Positions 26,220-39,479 of a stretch of 64,000 nt of DNA are shown here, in pieces; positions within the stretch are counted from its first letter, which is position 1; the number at the start of each line of letters is the position of its first letter. Under the pieces are notes generated by a model that was not told the origin of the DNA, made no database searches, and saw only the letters and a program-made list of their open reading frames with translations. Source of the stretch: Eledone cirrhosa (Eukaryota); assembly GCA_964016885.1 (NCBI GenBank), contig OZ024742.1:253580001-253644000 (forward strand). Reading direction: 5' to 3'. The position numbers and the translations under genes were made by a program.

Positions 26220-26905
26220 TTATGGAACAAAGCTTACAAAGCTTATTGAATAGAATGGATACAGCTTCAGTTATTTCCTCACTCACTCAATAATATAATT
26301 AATCCAAATTATTAAAATTCAAATGCAACCAATTAAAGTGTATACTTAAATGTTAATCAGCAAGGAAGATGACTTTGTGTGGGTAGGTAATTTGAGTTAC
26401 TTGGATTGATATACCAGTTCCTATGATTCCAATCTGCCGGCACTGGTTTGAACGGAACTGCCATGTGCAGTATTTAGGCAGGAACCACTTCGGCAGTGGG
26501 GTTTCACTTCCCTGGCCTAGAAAGTTATCTAGTATACCAGTTTGGTGGACACAAATGCTGTAGTAGTAACATTCAATCTTTCTGTGATGTGATTTAAACT
26601 GAAAAAAATGACCTTGTCAGAAGCATTCTACTCGGGTGCTTTCATATAGAAAACAAAGACAGAGTAGCAAACAATAAATTAAATTGAACTGGAATAAACA
26701 AAGTGAGCAAGTTCAACTTACAATTTAAATGCTGGTTAGTCCTCTGGGAGTTAGAAATAATTATGGAATGAAGTTTATCAAATAGAATGGACACAGCTTC
26801 GGTCATTTCCTCACTCCACACAATAATTTAATTAAATCTGAATTATTAGAATTCCAACCCAACCAATTAGAGTGTACACATAAAGGTTAATCAGTGAGAA
26901 AGACA
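26220..26905. repeat. Pair of ~150-bp diverged direct repeats flanking ~390 bp
   Basis: 26220-26375 resembles 26760-26905 (GAATGGA.ACAGCTTC.GT.ATTTCCTCACTC..CAACCAATTA.AGTGTA). Confidence 0.65.
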
Positions 26906-27953
26906 GTCCACACTGTAAAGTTGTTGTGTCGGTGTCACAACAAAAAGCACTTAGTCCACACAGTAAAGTGATCATTATGATGACACAATAAAAGGCACTC
27001 AGTACACACTGTAAATTTGATTGGCATTATGAAGGGCATCTAGCCATAGAAACCAAGCCTAAATAAGTTCTGTGTGAGCGGGAGTCAGTCATCTGCTCTG
27101 GCCTGGCTCATCTGGACAACTCATCTAACCCAACTAGTGTGGAAAATGGGCATTAAAAGATGATGGTGATAATGATATAATATATATATATAATGTATAT
27201 ATTATATATTATATATATATTATATATAACTCAGCCATCTGGCAATAACTCATTATAATACCAACACTCTACTTTCTTAAGTATTGAGTACTAAGCTGAA
27301 CAATAGTTTTATTAGTGAAATTGGTAATTCCCAATCTTTATACAATAGTTGGGTCTTTGAACAACAATTTCGTGATGGTGCTCTGAAAATGCACCTTATA
27401 CAGACAGTAAGGTGGTTTTCATCACAAAAGGCACACAACTATAGAAACCACACCTAAAAATATTGAAAGGATACTTTAGGTGTGTCAATAATACAGCAAC
27501 ATCTCTATGTTTGATCTACACAATAAAAGTACCCAGTACACGTTGTAAAGTGGTTGGTGTTAGGAAGAACATCCAGCCATAGAAAGCTTGCCAAACAAAA
27601 AGTTGGGAGGAACCTTCAGGTGTTTCAAAGACATGACAACCTCCCTAGTGTTGGTGCTAGGATTAAATGCATTTGGTTGAACGCAGAATCATATATAAGC
27701 AAGATGCAAATCCCCAGCTTGCCTGAGATGTCAGTGGACCTGTTTCAATATAAACCCAGTGTGCAAAGACCCTTCCAACTCATGCTAACAGGGAAAATGG
27801 ACATTAAATGATGATGATGGTGATATATACGTGTATATATATATATGCAAAAGTTCTATTTAAAATTGTTGGGATACAACAAGTAAATATTTTTATAACT
27901 GATATAAAGCACTCGACAAGTATTTGGAGTAGATATACGATATTAATAATAAT

Positions 27954-28016
<63 letters not shown>

Positions 28017-28029
28017 GTATATATATAAA

Positions 28030-28313
28030 TGGAGGCAAAAGGTTGTGAGTTCAATTCTCAGACCAGGTGATGTGTTGTTTCCTTGAGCAAGACACTTTAT
28101 TTCACATTGCTCCAGTTTACTCAGCTGTAGAAATGAGATGATAGGACTGGGGTCCATATCATTCCACTGCAAAGTGGTCGTGGAGGTGCCACTGCAAAAA
28201 AGCACCTAGCACTCACTGTAAATGAGGTTGGTGTTAGGAAGGGCATCAAGCCAGAATCAGTTCCCGTCCCACCCTTGCAAGCAGGGAAAAGCGGACGTAA
28301 AATGAAATGATGA
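28030..28313 (+). mobile_element. CORE-SINE family A with a deletion in the tRNA head
   Basis: Matches the family consensus; (GAT)n tail; flanked by (TA)n. Confidence 0.85.
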
Positions 28314-28382
28314 TATATATATTATATACGTATATATATATATCATCATCATCTTCGTTTAACGTCTATTTTCCACGCTAGC

Positions 28383-28420
<38 letters not shown>

Positions 28421-28452
28421 ACATATATATATGAATATATGTGCATGTGTCT

Positions 28453-28483
<31 letters not shown>

Positions 28484-28511
28484 CATATATATATGAATAT
28501 ATGTGCATGTG

Positions 28512-28559
<48 letters not shown>

Positions 28560-29040
28560 TATATATATATCTGTATATATGTATATATATTTATATATAT
28601 ATATGAATGTAAGTATGTATGTCTATTTTCCTTAATCTGCTTATAGAAACAAACAAAACCAATTCCCATGTAAAACATATAGGATTCAAAAATGATTAAT
28701 GGAGCTAGAGACAGCGGAAAGAAACATGACCAACATTAATCTTTAATCCACCTTGATTTATCTAATCTAGACGATTTATAGTTGTGTTCTTTTTTTATTA
28801 ATTCAGTTTTTATTTCTTTGTGTTTATTCATTTTCTTTTTGTTTTGATTAAGCGAATGCGAGTACAAAACAGATATGGGTAGTGAGTTAAAAAAACAAAC
28901 ACATAAATGAACAGAAATACAGGATAGAAATGAATATAATATAAGCGTTTGTATGTATGTGCATGTGAATATATGTATAAATACATATATTTTACTAAAT
29001 CTCCTAATATGTGTATGTATATATATATATAATGAATCAC

Positions 29041-29085
<45 letters not shown>

Positions 29086-29120
29086 ATATGTATATATATA
29101 TATGTGTGTGTTTGTGTATA

Positions 29121-29515
29121 TACGAGGGCAATCCCAAAAGTAAGGTCTCCTTCTGATATTGCAACTTTTCCGTTAAAATCCTGTGGATGGTGCTTTGGGA
29201 AACCTCAGGAACCAAAATGCAGAGAGCATCCAGAGTGATCCGCCGATCTTTACGCATGTTTTCCTCGGAAGGAGACCTTACTTTTGGGATAGCCCTCTAT
29301 ATAATAACTGTGCGAAATTCGCACTTGGCAGTAGCGTTCAACGGGAGCTCCATTCTCAATGGCCGCCAAGCCAAGATTGAGCATCCCAGCAAAGCACGCA
29401 TGCTTGTTTGGGAGGGAAGGAAGCATCAATCACAACAGTGTTGCCAACAGCTGTACGAACAGTTTCTCTGCGTCCCCATCAATTTGGAGACCTTACTTTT
29501 GGGATTACCCTTGTA
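29121..29515. mobile_element. Internally deleted mariner (Tc1/mariner) derivative with three TIR copies
   Basis: TIR TACGAGGGCAATCCCAAAAGTAAGGTCTCC at 29121-29150; inverted copies at 29271-29300 and 29486-29515; TA flanks; minus-strand DRRITLDAL..VSQSTIHRILTEKL resembles a mariner HTH. Confidence 0.8.
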
Positions 29516-29548
29516 TATGTACATATATATATAAAATAGATATATATA

Positions 29549-29850
29549 GGGTGGCACTTGGCTTAGTGGTTAGAGCATTGACCTTGCAATCGAAAGATTG
29601 TGAGTTCAATTCTCAGACCAGGCGATGTGTTGTTTCCTTGAGCAAGACACTTTATTTCACATTGCTCCAGTTTACTCAGCTGTAGAAATGAGATGATAGG
29701 GACTGTAAAGTAGACGTGTAGGTGCCACAGCAAAAAAGCATCCAGCACTCACTGTAAATGAGGTTGGTGTTAGGAAGGGCATCCAGCTGTAGAAATCAAG
29801 CCAGAATCAGTTCCCGTCCCACCCTTGGGTGAAATGATGAATTATGATGA
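29549..29850 (+). mobile_element. CORE-SINE family A
   Basis: Full head GGCTTAGTGGTTAGAGC..GAGTTCAATTC, CORE region and tail. Confidence 0.85.
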
Positions 29851-30334
29851 TACATTTATTTGGTGAATCAGTAGATTTGTGATTTACTGAGGAAGGTACC
29901 AATATTGTCACTCTATGCTACTAAGAACATAACTAGGTTTCACGTTGAGGTTTTTATTGATTAGGGTCAGTTACGAATGTTTCACAGATGGTTGCCTCAG
30001 GATCCATATTAGTGTTATCGATTTGATTACATGTACATATGTGTGTGTGTGTTGTGCATCTGTGTGTGTGTATGTAATTATGTACTAGTAAATTACCTGT
30101 AGAAAATGATGGATGGGAGTTATAGTAAAAATATATTCATCGAATCCTTCATTTTCCTCTGGTCACAAGCCTTATTTTCGTTAATTCAAGAAATATCCAT
30201 TAAATTATGATAACTTTCTTCTACCTATTTACCTACTTATTTATCTATCTATATGATGATGATGATAATGATATATATATATATATGTTAAAATACAAAT
30301 ATTAATAAAATAGATGTTCTTTTGATCAATTAAA

Positions 30335-30385
30335 TTTTATTATACATATTTCAGAGGTTCAACAGTACGTCCTCGTCAGACAAAA
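30335..30385 (-). ncRNA. Candidate minimal type I hammerhead ribozyme at the end of an AT-rich Penelope-like relic (~30335-31050)
   Basis: TTTTGT-CTGACGA-GGA..TCT-GAAA-TATGTA-TA-ATAAAA; stem II is short. Confidence 0.6.
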
Positions 30386-31417
30386 TATAATGATACATGA
30401 CATACCCTGAGATGTTAAATGGTTAAGATTTAATCAAGGTAGTGATTAACCTAAGAGAAAACTCAACATTTATACCCTAATAATGAGAAAATGCGAAAAG
30501 GTAATAAATTCAATAGAGAATGTGTGAGTAAGAAAAACGTTGGTTAATGTCACAGCTATAAAGATTTTAAAATGTAGGATACTACAAGTTATGGTTATCT
30601 AGGAAAACGTCTCATGAATTATAACTGTTTATGAAGGTCGCTGAAAGAGGATTTAAAGAGAGGGAAAGATAAAGGGGAGTAATATATGCAGAAAGAGATT
30701 TTTTTTCCTCTAAAAGCTAAACGGTTAAGTTTCAAAATATTTAATTTAAGTTATTTTAAGGGTGAAGAATCAAGATTGTAGGGTTTTTTTAAGTTGATGG
30801 TTATTTATATTTATTAATTTTATAAATTCTATAAATGTGTTAACATTTCTAAACTTCTGAATTTTATGAGGATAAAATTTAAAGGCTGGCCAGCGAAAGG
30901 AAAATTTACACCGTTGAATATTTTTCATAAATGTAATCTTTAACGAAAATTACCTATAAAAATGTCAACATTTTCGGTATGTAAAGCTTATTTTTAGAAA
31001 TATCTAAAAATTAATTGTAAAGTAGTTAGTGTAATGATTAACGCAGAGTTTTCAGCAGCTTATATATATATATATGTGTGGAATTATAGTAATAAATTAA
31101 TATTTGTTATATTATATTAAATCTCTATATTAGTTCGCCTTAAAGTACATCAAATAAATATGCTATTATACAAATATCTATATTTGCACAAACTATATAT
31201 TTGTACAAACTATACGTTAAACTAAACGGTAATTATGTTATAATACAGTATAGATATGTATGCAAAAAAAAATCAAAAGCTGAGATATACGTAACTAATA
31301 ATAAGATTATGTTATTATACAGATACACTTATTTGCAAAAATAACGATTAGGTATATGGAGATATATTAAATATTAATGAGCCAGTATATTTTAGGTAAA
31401 TGATAACGAATATAAAA

Positions 31418-31601
31418 TAATCGTTTCTACTTTAGGCACAAGGCCAGCAATTACCCAGTGCATTACTGGTACTCTATTTTATCGACTGGGTAAGGATGAA
31501 AGGCAAAGTCAACCTCGGCGGGATTTGAACTCAGATCGTAAAGGGACGTAACTATGCTGGAAAGCATGGCGTCCGACACTCTACCGATACTGCCAATCCA
31601 C
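31418..31601 (-). mobile_element. Family-B SINE with TSD
   Basis: Consensus match; flanking direct repeat TATAAAATAAT. Confidence 0.85.
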
Positions 31602-32619
31602 TATAAAATAATAGATTCAAACATGCTAAAGTTAAATAGATACATATATATAAAAGAGTGTAAAGGCATGAATTATTCACAGTTCAAAATAAATAATCTA
31701 AAAATTAAAAAGTTATCTAAAAATTAGGTATAGAGAGATACAGAGAGATATATATAGATATATATTAAGTATTAGTGATACAGTATACTTTTGGTAAATG
31801 ATAACCATTATAATCTTATATAATAGATTTCAACGTGCTACAGTTAAATACATACATATATATAAGAAAAATAATAATAAATGCATGGATAATTCAGAGT
31901 TTAAAATAAGGTCCGTAAAAATTTACAGTTTGGATATTTGCACTATATTTGAATCATGGATAGAATACTTGGCAACTTGATACCACTTAAAGCCAAGGAA
32001 ACTCACAAAACTGACAGGTTCAGCTCAACTTACAGGATAAAGTATTATGCACTGGTTGATAAGGAGGACAGGACCAGGTATGCAGATACTAATGTATCCA
32101 AATTTAGAAAACTCTCAGATCAAACCAAGGACATCAAAATGGAGTGGAAACTTTTCAGTTTGGCAGTTTCTCCTTCAACTATTTAATGCTGCAGGTGAAA
32201 ACATTTTGGTATAGTGCCAGGTGGCAAGAGGAGCCCATGGTTCAATCCAAGCAAAGAAGAAGGCTTGGAAATAAGTCTTTTTTGCACTTGTGGCACAAGC
32301 ATGTTCAAAACGTCACAGTAGAGACAGTACAGACATTTAAAATTGAGACATGGGCAGAGTTTGGGATTAAACTGGAATCTGTCTTTAGATAAGCAAATAA
32401 AGTATTCTGACTTTGCAATAAGAAGTCCCCTCCACTCTTACTATCAGGAACACATCAGGGGTTATTCTTACTTTAGAAAGGTGCATCCTTGAAAGATGGA
32501 GAGAATATTTTGTTGATATCCTAACTCGATACAACATCTTCTGAGGTACATGAGGTGCATCTAGGAGTAATGACTAAGCTCTCAAAAGCTGAGGTCATCA
32601 GAGCAATCAAAGTGCTCAA

Positions 32620-33790
32620 ATAAGGCAAATGAAAACTGCTTACATTAATAAAAACTCAAACAATCCATGGTTTATTATCAACTCTATTATAAAGAATTTT
32701 AGAATGTCCCGGCTTTCTGCGAATGAGACCATCTTCAACAAACATGCAGGCTACTATAACAAAGTATTCAGAAGGAGCAGATTCAATAATACAATCAAAT
32801 GTTTTATCTCAGACATGAGTAAACCACAGCTATTTGGAAAGGGTTTAAACTTGAGATTAAAGAAGCACAGCCATATGAATACAGATAATGCAGGAGTAAT
32901 GGAAACACATGATCAAATGAACTCGGAAACTAACAGAACTACAAATGATAAACAACTAGAAACCAACAATACCACCATACCAAAATGACATCGTTCCATA
33001 ACACATCTCTGTTATAACCCTCCATACAGTATCCAGGTCAAAACGAAAATCTCCAACTTTTCTTTAAATTCATAGATAAAAACTTTCCTCCTTCTCATAG
33101 ATACCATAAGATCCTGAACAAATGAACCATAGGTTCCCTTATTCTACTAATATAAATCTTGAGAACTTCATTACTAGATTAAATCTTAAACATTTTTACA
33201 CCTATAACAAAACAACCCTCCAACACATGAATAGATAGATGGAACCAACATAAAAAGAAATGGTTACAACTTCACCCAACCTTGCAATAACAACAACAAA
33301 CACATATAACTAACTCAGTAAGCACTCAAATTAATTTTATTCACACCCCTTACAACACCCCTCACACACACCAACATCTTGAGCAAAACCAAACACACAT
33401 AAAAATTGTAACTGTAGACAACCAGAAAAATAACCTTCAAAGAGAAATATCTATACAGAAATATGATAGATGAGTGTGAGATTAATTTGACCTCAAGTAT
33501 GTATAAATATATTGGAGCAACCTCAATTGAAAAGAAAAGCCACTATATGTGCATCATACTCATTAAAGAGCCCAAACTTACAAAAATCAACTGAGTTTGT
33601 GAGAAGATCTGGCAATTAAACATTGAAATTGACTACAAAATTTTGTGGTCAATTGTTCAATCAGCAAGACCTAATTAGGGAGAGTGAAGGTAACTTGATC
33701 TATGCTCAGTCAAACTGGATATAATAATTAGAAACAACCTATGAAACTCCAAACATGACTTGGTCTTCAATTGTCAACATTAAAAGATTC
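32620..33790 (+). pseudogene. Decayed Penelope-like element (RT C-terminus to GIY-YIG)
   Basis: YINKNSNNP..SRLSANETIFN; YNPPYSIQVKTKI; DKNFPPSHRYHKILN; CNCRQ; YKYIGATS, spread across frameshifts. Confidence 0.75.
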
Positions 33791-34318
33791 TCTAAAAATA
33801 ACACTTACTTGTCAATATCTTGACACTTAGCTTATCTACATCTCCCACTAACCAACCTTATATGCACATTACCTTGGCAACACAACCACATAGAACACAG
33901 GAGTAACTTTGCAGATTAGATAATATTCACACTAATTAATAAATTCTCCTTAAATATACCTATATACAATACAAACTCAGACTGTCCACATTTACGATTA
34001 GCATAACATCTATAACACCCCACATCTACACTGAGTTACTATCATATTTGTAAAATCCCCCATACAAATTTAATTTATGATGATCAAAGTACTATTTCAA
34101 GATTCATTTCAAAGTTCTGCAGAACAACACAACACAGAGTCCCACCGACGCCTATAAATATCTTCAACTGACATCAAAACAATGTTAACCTTCTACACCA
34201 TTCTTAAAATGACCACTCTGCTCCCTCATAAATATCTTAACAAAATGATGGGACCTCAATAAATTAGCCTGTTACAATCAGTCATTAACAGCAGACAGCA
34301 TAAATAGGGACTTGTAAC

Positions 34319-37221
34319 TAAGGCTGCCAAAACCTTTTTCTCATTAGTATCAAATATTTGTTTAAAAGGCACCAAAATATACAAAAATGTATCAAATCCA
34401 ATTGCATCAATATTAAATCCCACAAATGTTAAAAAAAGAAAATATCTTACATTTACTTTATATATCTTAATTAAAAAGAAATGTCTTCTTCTTCCAGACT
34501 TTTCTTGCTATACCAGTTTCTTTCTTGCAGTTTGAAACAAAGTTGCTGATGTAGATACCATGTAGTGCAGTCAAAATTTGACAGAAGAAACTTTGATCTT
34601 AGCAGGCCATTAAATGTGGATGTTTTTAAAGAACTGCAATTTTTTTTTGTTTTCATGTTGTTAAGAAAGGAAAAAAATGTATTTGTCACTGCTAAAGAAT
34701 ATGGCAAGAAAAGAAGTTGCATCATAAACGTTAGGGTAGCAATATGTCAACACATTTTTCTTCAAAAACAAGAAGCCAGTATTTTTCAAACTCATTTTGT
34801 GCATTAAAAGATGTATCTTGTAGAGTCAATTTTCTTTATTCTCTATTTATTTGTTCATATTGGTCTTCATGCATGAAGCTGGAACATTTCATTGTCAATG
34901 GTAGATTTGGTTTACATTTAATAACATTGATTGTGTCTATAGATTCAAGTAGCTCTAAATTTGTAAACATATCAGAGGATAAGAAGCATTGTATCATTTG
35001 TTTTGAAAGGCACACATAGAAACTCAATATGTTTACTCAAAATTCTTGTAACTCTTTTTAGGAAATGGCGGCATATTTTTCTATCAAAATATTTTCTAAT
35101 GTGGCACCGTAATTGATGTCTTCTATTTTACGTAGAAGGATCATTCATATTTACTTTACTGATATCATTCAGTTTTAATAACTCTCTTTTGATGAAGTTA
35201 CTGAGAATAGTTTTTATTCCAGTGTTAATGTCATCATCCTCATCATTATCATCGTCGATTAACGTCTATCTTCCATGCTAGCATGGGTTAGACAGATCCC
35301 ATTTAGAGGCAAGTTAGGTCGAGTGACCGTGACTCACTCATATAGGAGTGTTTCTGGCTGGTTTTCTATAGCTGGATGCCCTACCTAACGCCCACCACAT
35401 TGACAGTGTGTGCTGGGTGCTTTTTGCTGTGTCTTTTATGCAACCACTTTACAATGTGGGCTTGGCGCTTTTTTTTGTGTCTCTTACATGTCCACTTTAC
35501 AGTGTGGGGAGGGTGCTTTTTTCCGTGTCTTTTACACGTCCACTTTACAGTAATTTATGAGTACTAAATGTTTCTGTCTGGTACTCCAAACTGAAGTTGT
35601 CAATGTCTGGCAAAATATAAGCAAAAAAGAAGCTAGATACATTTTTACCATGGGGGCTTTGTAATTCCCTTAATACTTTGGAAGTCATCATGGGGATACC
35701 ATCTTCCAATGCTGCCATTATGGAATATGACAAAAGCACTGGCTACTGTGACAAAATTAATTGTATGACTTTGTACAGCTGATATTTGTAATGTTTTGAA
35801 ATTCCTTATATTTAGCTAGAAATTTTGGACTGTTACTCTGGTACGAAAAAAAATTTTTGCCAATTCTTCCAAATAATATGGTAGATCATTGCAGGAATTA
35901 GAAGTGCACAGATATAAGGAATGCAAACACAAGGGTGTATGAATATATTAGAATTTTTCTGTTTCAATATATGTTGAACTCCCCCTCTGCTTCCCATCAT
36001 AACATTGACATTACCAATTAAGTTTTCAAGGGAGATATTATTTTCAATGAAAAATGATTATAGACAGACTTTAATTTCCAGAAGCGTCAAAAACTCATCC
36101 AAAATCTTTTGAATTTCAGAGTTGTGATATCTCAATACTAAAACAAGATGCTTGTTGGTAGAAATATCCATGTTTCATCCATAATAAGGGAGAACTCTGC
36201 TGAATTTAGCTTAGACAATATAGCATTGAAAGCATGGGGACTAATCACATTTGAAAAAAATGCAAGTTCCTTTAGTTCTTGAGCACTTGATGTCTTTGGC
36301 AACTTTTGAACCAGAACATACGTTGTCAATAAGGCCAGGCAAATGATTCAAAATAGCAATAAGTAGGTTGTGCTCAGCAATAAATCCACACAGTTTCAGC
36401 TAAGCTGATGCTATTTTCGTTAAGTGAGCAAAACATTAAGCAGTCTTTATGAAATATGTCACCTTCACTGTTTTGCTCCATACACATTCTTTTGGTGTTT
36501 TTCTGTCTCTTCATGCCTTACTATTTGACTTCAGCTACTAGCTGTCTCACAATTGCATAATTTACAGTAGTAGCCTTTAGTTGCATTCTTTTTACTCAAT
36601 TGTTTAATAATTTTGATGGAATGTTTCTTATGTAGAACATGGATTTCAGTTTTTTTCTTCTGGGGAGTGTCACTTTTGTCACTATGAGAATGATATTCTA
36701 TATTCATGAGGGGGTTCAAAATGTTTCTCAAAAAAGCAAAACAGTTCAGATATTGAAAGATGACACCACCAAAACACACTGCATTCTGTGTCACAACTTT
36801 TAAAACTGAGCTGATATGGTTGTCTTCATCTTAATCTATCTATGTCCTTGCATATTGTCAGTGGAACGTATTCAAGTAAAACGTGCACTGATCGATTGTG
36901 AGCTACCAGGATAATATAGATGATGGTTGGCTACAGATATGAAATACTATGCAGAAGAGTTATTGATGTCAAGTGAGATCTGATGGGTAAATACACTTAA
37001 TGGATAGCTTCTTGACATAAAAGTTGTCATAGCTGGTGAATGGTACATCATTAAATGGTGAGTTTAGAATATAAATTAAGCCAAATTAAGCCAAATTCGA
37101 AAACAAGTACAACTTTTAAAATGTACCAACAAATTCAGATATTGTACCAAACATACAGAAAATTAAAGTTAAGCGCAAATAGTACCAAATTTGTACAAAT
37201 GTACCAAATTTGGCAGCACTG
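34319..37221 (-). mobile_element. Decayed hAT DNA transposon with both ends and an 8-bp TSD
   Basis: TSD CTTGTAAC at 34311-34318 and 37222-37229; TIRs TAAGGCTGCCAAA / CAGTGCTGCCAAA; subterminal GTACCAAA repeats; BED-like YYCKLCNC; FSLIMDET catalytic-D motif. Confidence 0.85.
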
Positions 37222-37653
37222 CTTGTAACCACTCCCTAGAAACTTAATGATTAATTCACTCCAACGGTTGGTTGACTGGCCACACTCAAGCCATCTTACA
37301 ACCTCTGAATGGCAATTGTTAATTCTCTCAGGAAATCTATAGGAATTCACAGAGATACATGTGTGCATGTATACATATATATCATCATCATCTAACCTAG
37401 CATGGATTAGACGGGAATTGTCCCACTTGAGGCAAGATTGATTGGGTGATTAATAGGACTGTATTTGGTAGGTTTTCTACGGCTGGATGCCCTGCCTAAG
37501 ACCAACCACATTTACAGTGTGGACTGGGAGCCTTTTTACCGTGTCTCCTACACAACCACTTTACAGTGGATGGAAATGGGAGGTTGGAGTAGGTGGTGGG
37601 GGGTAGGGTGTATATTGGGTTAAGAGGAGCCTAAAACGATTATACACACACAC

Positions 37654-37953
37654 ACTGCAAAGTGGTCATGGTCCCACTGCAAAGTGGTCGTGGAGGTGCC
37701 ACGGCAAAAAAGCACCCAGCCCACACTGTAAAGTGGACGTGTAGGCGCCACGGAAAAAAGCACCCAGCACTCATTGTAAATGAGGTTGGTGTTAGGAAGG
37801 GCATCCAGCTGTAGAAATCAAGCCAGAATCAGTTCCCGTATGAGCAAGGCATGGTCAGCCGACTGGACACTGCCCAGAACAGGACAACCCACCTAACCCA
37901 TGCTAGCATGGAAGAACAGACGTAAAACGGTGATGATGATGATGATTATGATG
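37654..37953 (+). mobile_element. Chimeric SINE 3' half (family A body joined to an RTE-a-type terminus)
   Basis: Family A sequence to GAATCAGTTCCCGT, then ..CCCATGCTAGCATGGAAG..(GAT)n. Confidence 0.65.
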
Positions 37954-37977
37954 ACACACACACACGTACACACACAT

Positions 37978-39462
37978 AGGTGTTTTTTGTCGTGACATCT
38001 ACACAACCTCTTTAGTTTGGACTGGATATACTGTTGTACCAACATAACTTTACGGAGAAAGGGTGGTGTTGGTGGGAGTGGAAGGATAGAGTAGGGGTAG
38101 TGGGTTGAGGTGTATATTTGGTTAGGAGGGCCCTACTGACTGTAGGTTAACTTTACATGTAGGGAAGGTGGGTCTTCTGTATTACTGTGTGGCACCAAAT
38201 ATCTCAATCCAGTGACATTGTCTTAGAGAGGTGTAGGTGTTCAAGGTCAGATTTTATCAAGTCGTCCGAGGTTTTTCTGGGTCTACTTACTCCGTAACTT
38301 CCATCAATTTTGATCGCCCTGCACTTTTTTATACAACTGTCATCTTTCATGTGCATCACATGACCACACCAATGTAATCTTCTCTAAAGTAAACAACATC
38401 TGATCCCTCTTATTTCCAACTTCTCCCTTAGTTTGTTTATGATTTGCCATTCATGTATATTACTATTACACATCCAATGGAGCATCCATGCTTCGTTCCT
38501 TTCCAATCTGCACAGGTGCTCTGTAAACAATATCCATGTCTTGCTGCCATGTAACATTGCTGTTTGTATACAAGCATCATACAATCTACCTTTCATTTTT
38601 AGAGAGAAACCTTTTGTGACCAACAGCGGTATTAGCTCTCTGAGCCTTTTCATCCCATTCTAGCTCTGGCTACTGTACTTTCAGAGCACCCTCCACCAGT
38701 TCTGATTTTGTCACCCAGGTAATGGAAAGTGTCCACTATTTCTATAGAACCATCTGGGCAGAAGGAACTAGTATCCTGTGGGCACCTGCTACGTATTGCA
38801 CCTGAGCATCGGCCACATATATAATCTACGTTCTTAGATAACTTACCTGTGATCCCACTACAATTTTTATGTACCCACAGCTTACATTTGGGGCATAGAA
38901 TGGAATTTCTACCTACTCCTTTCCTACACACTGAGCATGGCCATTTCCCAGAGGGCAACTGTGCCCTATTTTCTTTTGTACATGCTAGAACTTTAGTCTT
39001 AGACAAGTTAATTTTAAGGCCTTTTGATTCTAGGCCATGCTTCTATGTTCAGCTCTGAGAGATAGATCATCTGCATATAGAAGTTTCCATGGGCAACCGG
39101 TCTTAAATTCCTCTGTTATAGCTTGAAGGGCAATAATATACAGGAAGGGGCTTATGACAGAGCCTTGATGAACACCTACTTTTATGCTAAATTCTTCACT
39201 ATATTCATTGTTAATTCTAACCTTGCTGGCTTGTATAGCTCTCACAAGCCATTCATCTACTCCTGGTTTTCTAAGAGCCCACCAGATAATGGAGTAGAGG
39301 ACTCTATCGAAGGCTTTCTCCAAGTCAACAAAAGCTAAGTAGAGGGGTTTACTTTTAGCTAGGTATTCCTCCTGTAGTTGCCGTACAAGGAAATGAGCAT
39401 CTGTGGTACTTTTACCTGGCACAAACCAAAACTGCATTTCCTCTAGATCAATTCAGTCTCCG
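37978..39462 (-). mobile_element. Truncated copy of the PHD-bearing RTE family
   Basis: FVDLEKAFDRV, LLYADD, WPCSVCRKGVGRNSILCPKCKLWVHKNC..CGRC; frameshifted. Confidence 0.92.
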
Positions 39463-39479
39463 ATTAGTTGTGCAATATA

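Noticed and set aside
26250-26290. Hammerhead-like TGAGGA..GAAG in the direct repeats (minus strand)
   Set aside because: Core is non-canonical in both copies and stem II cannot form
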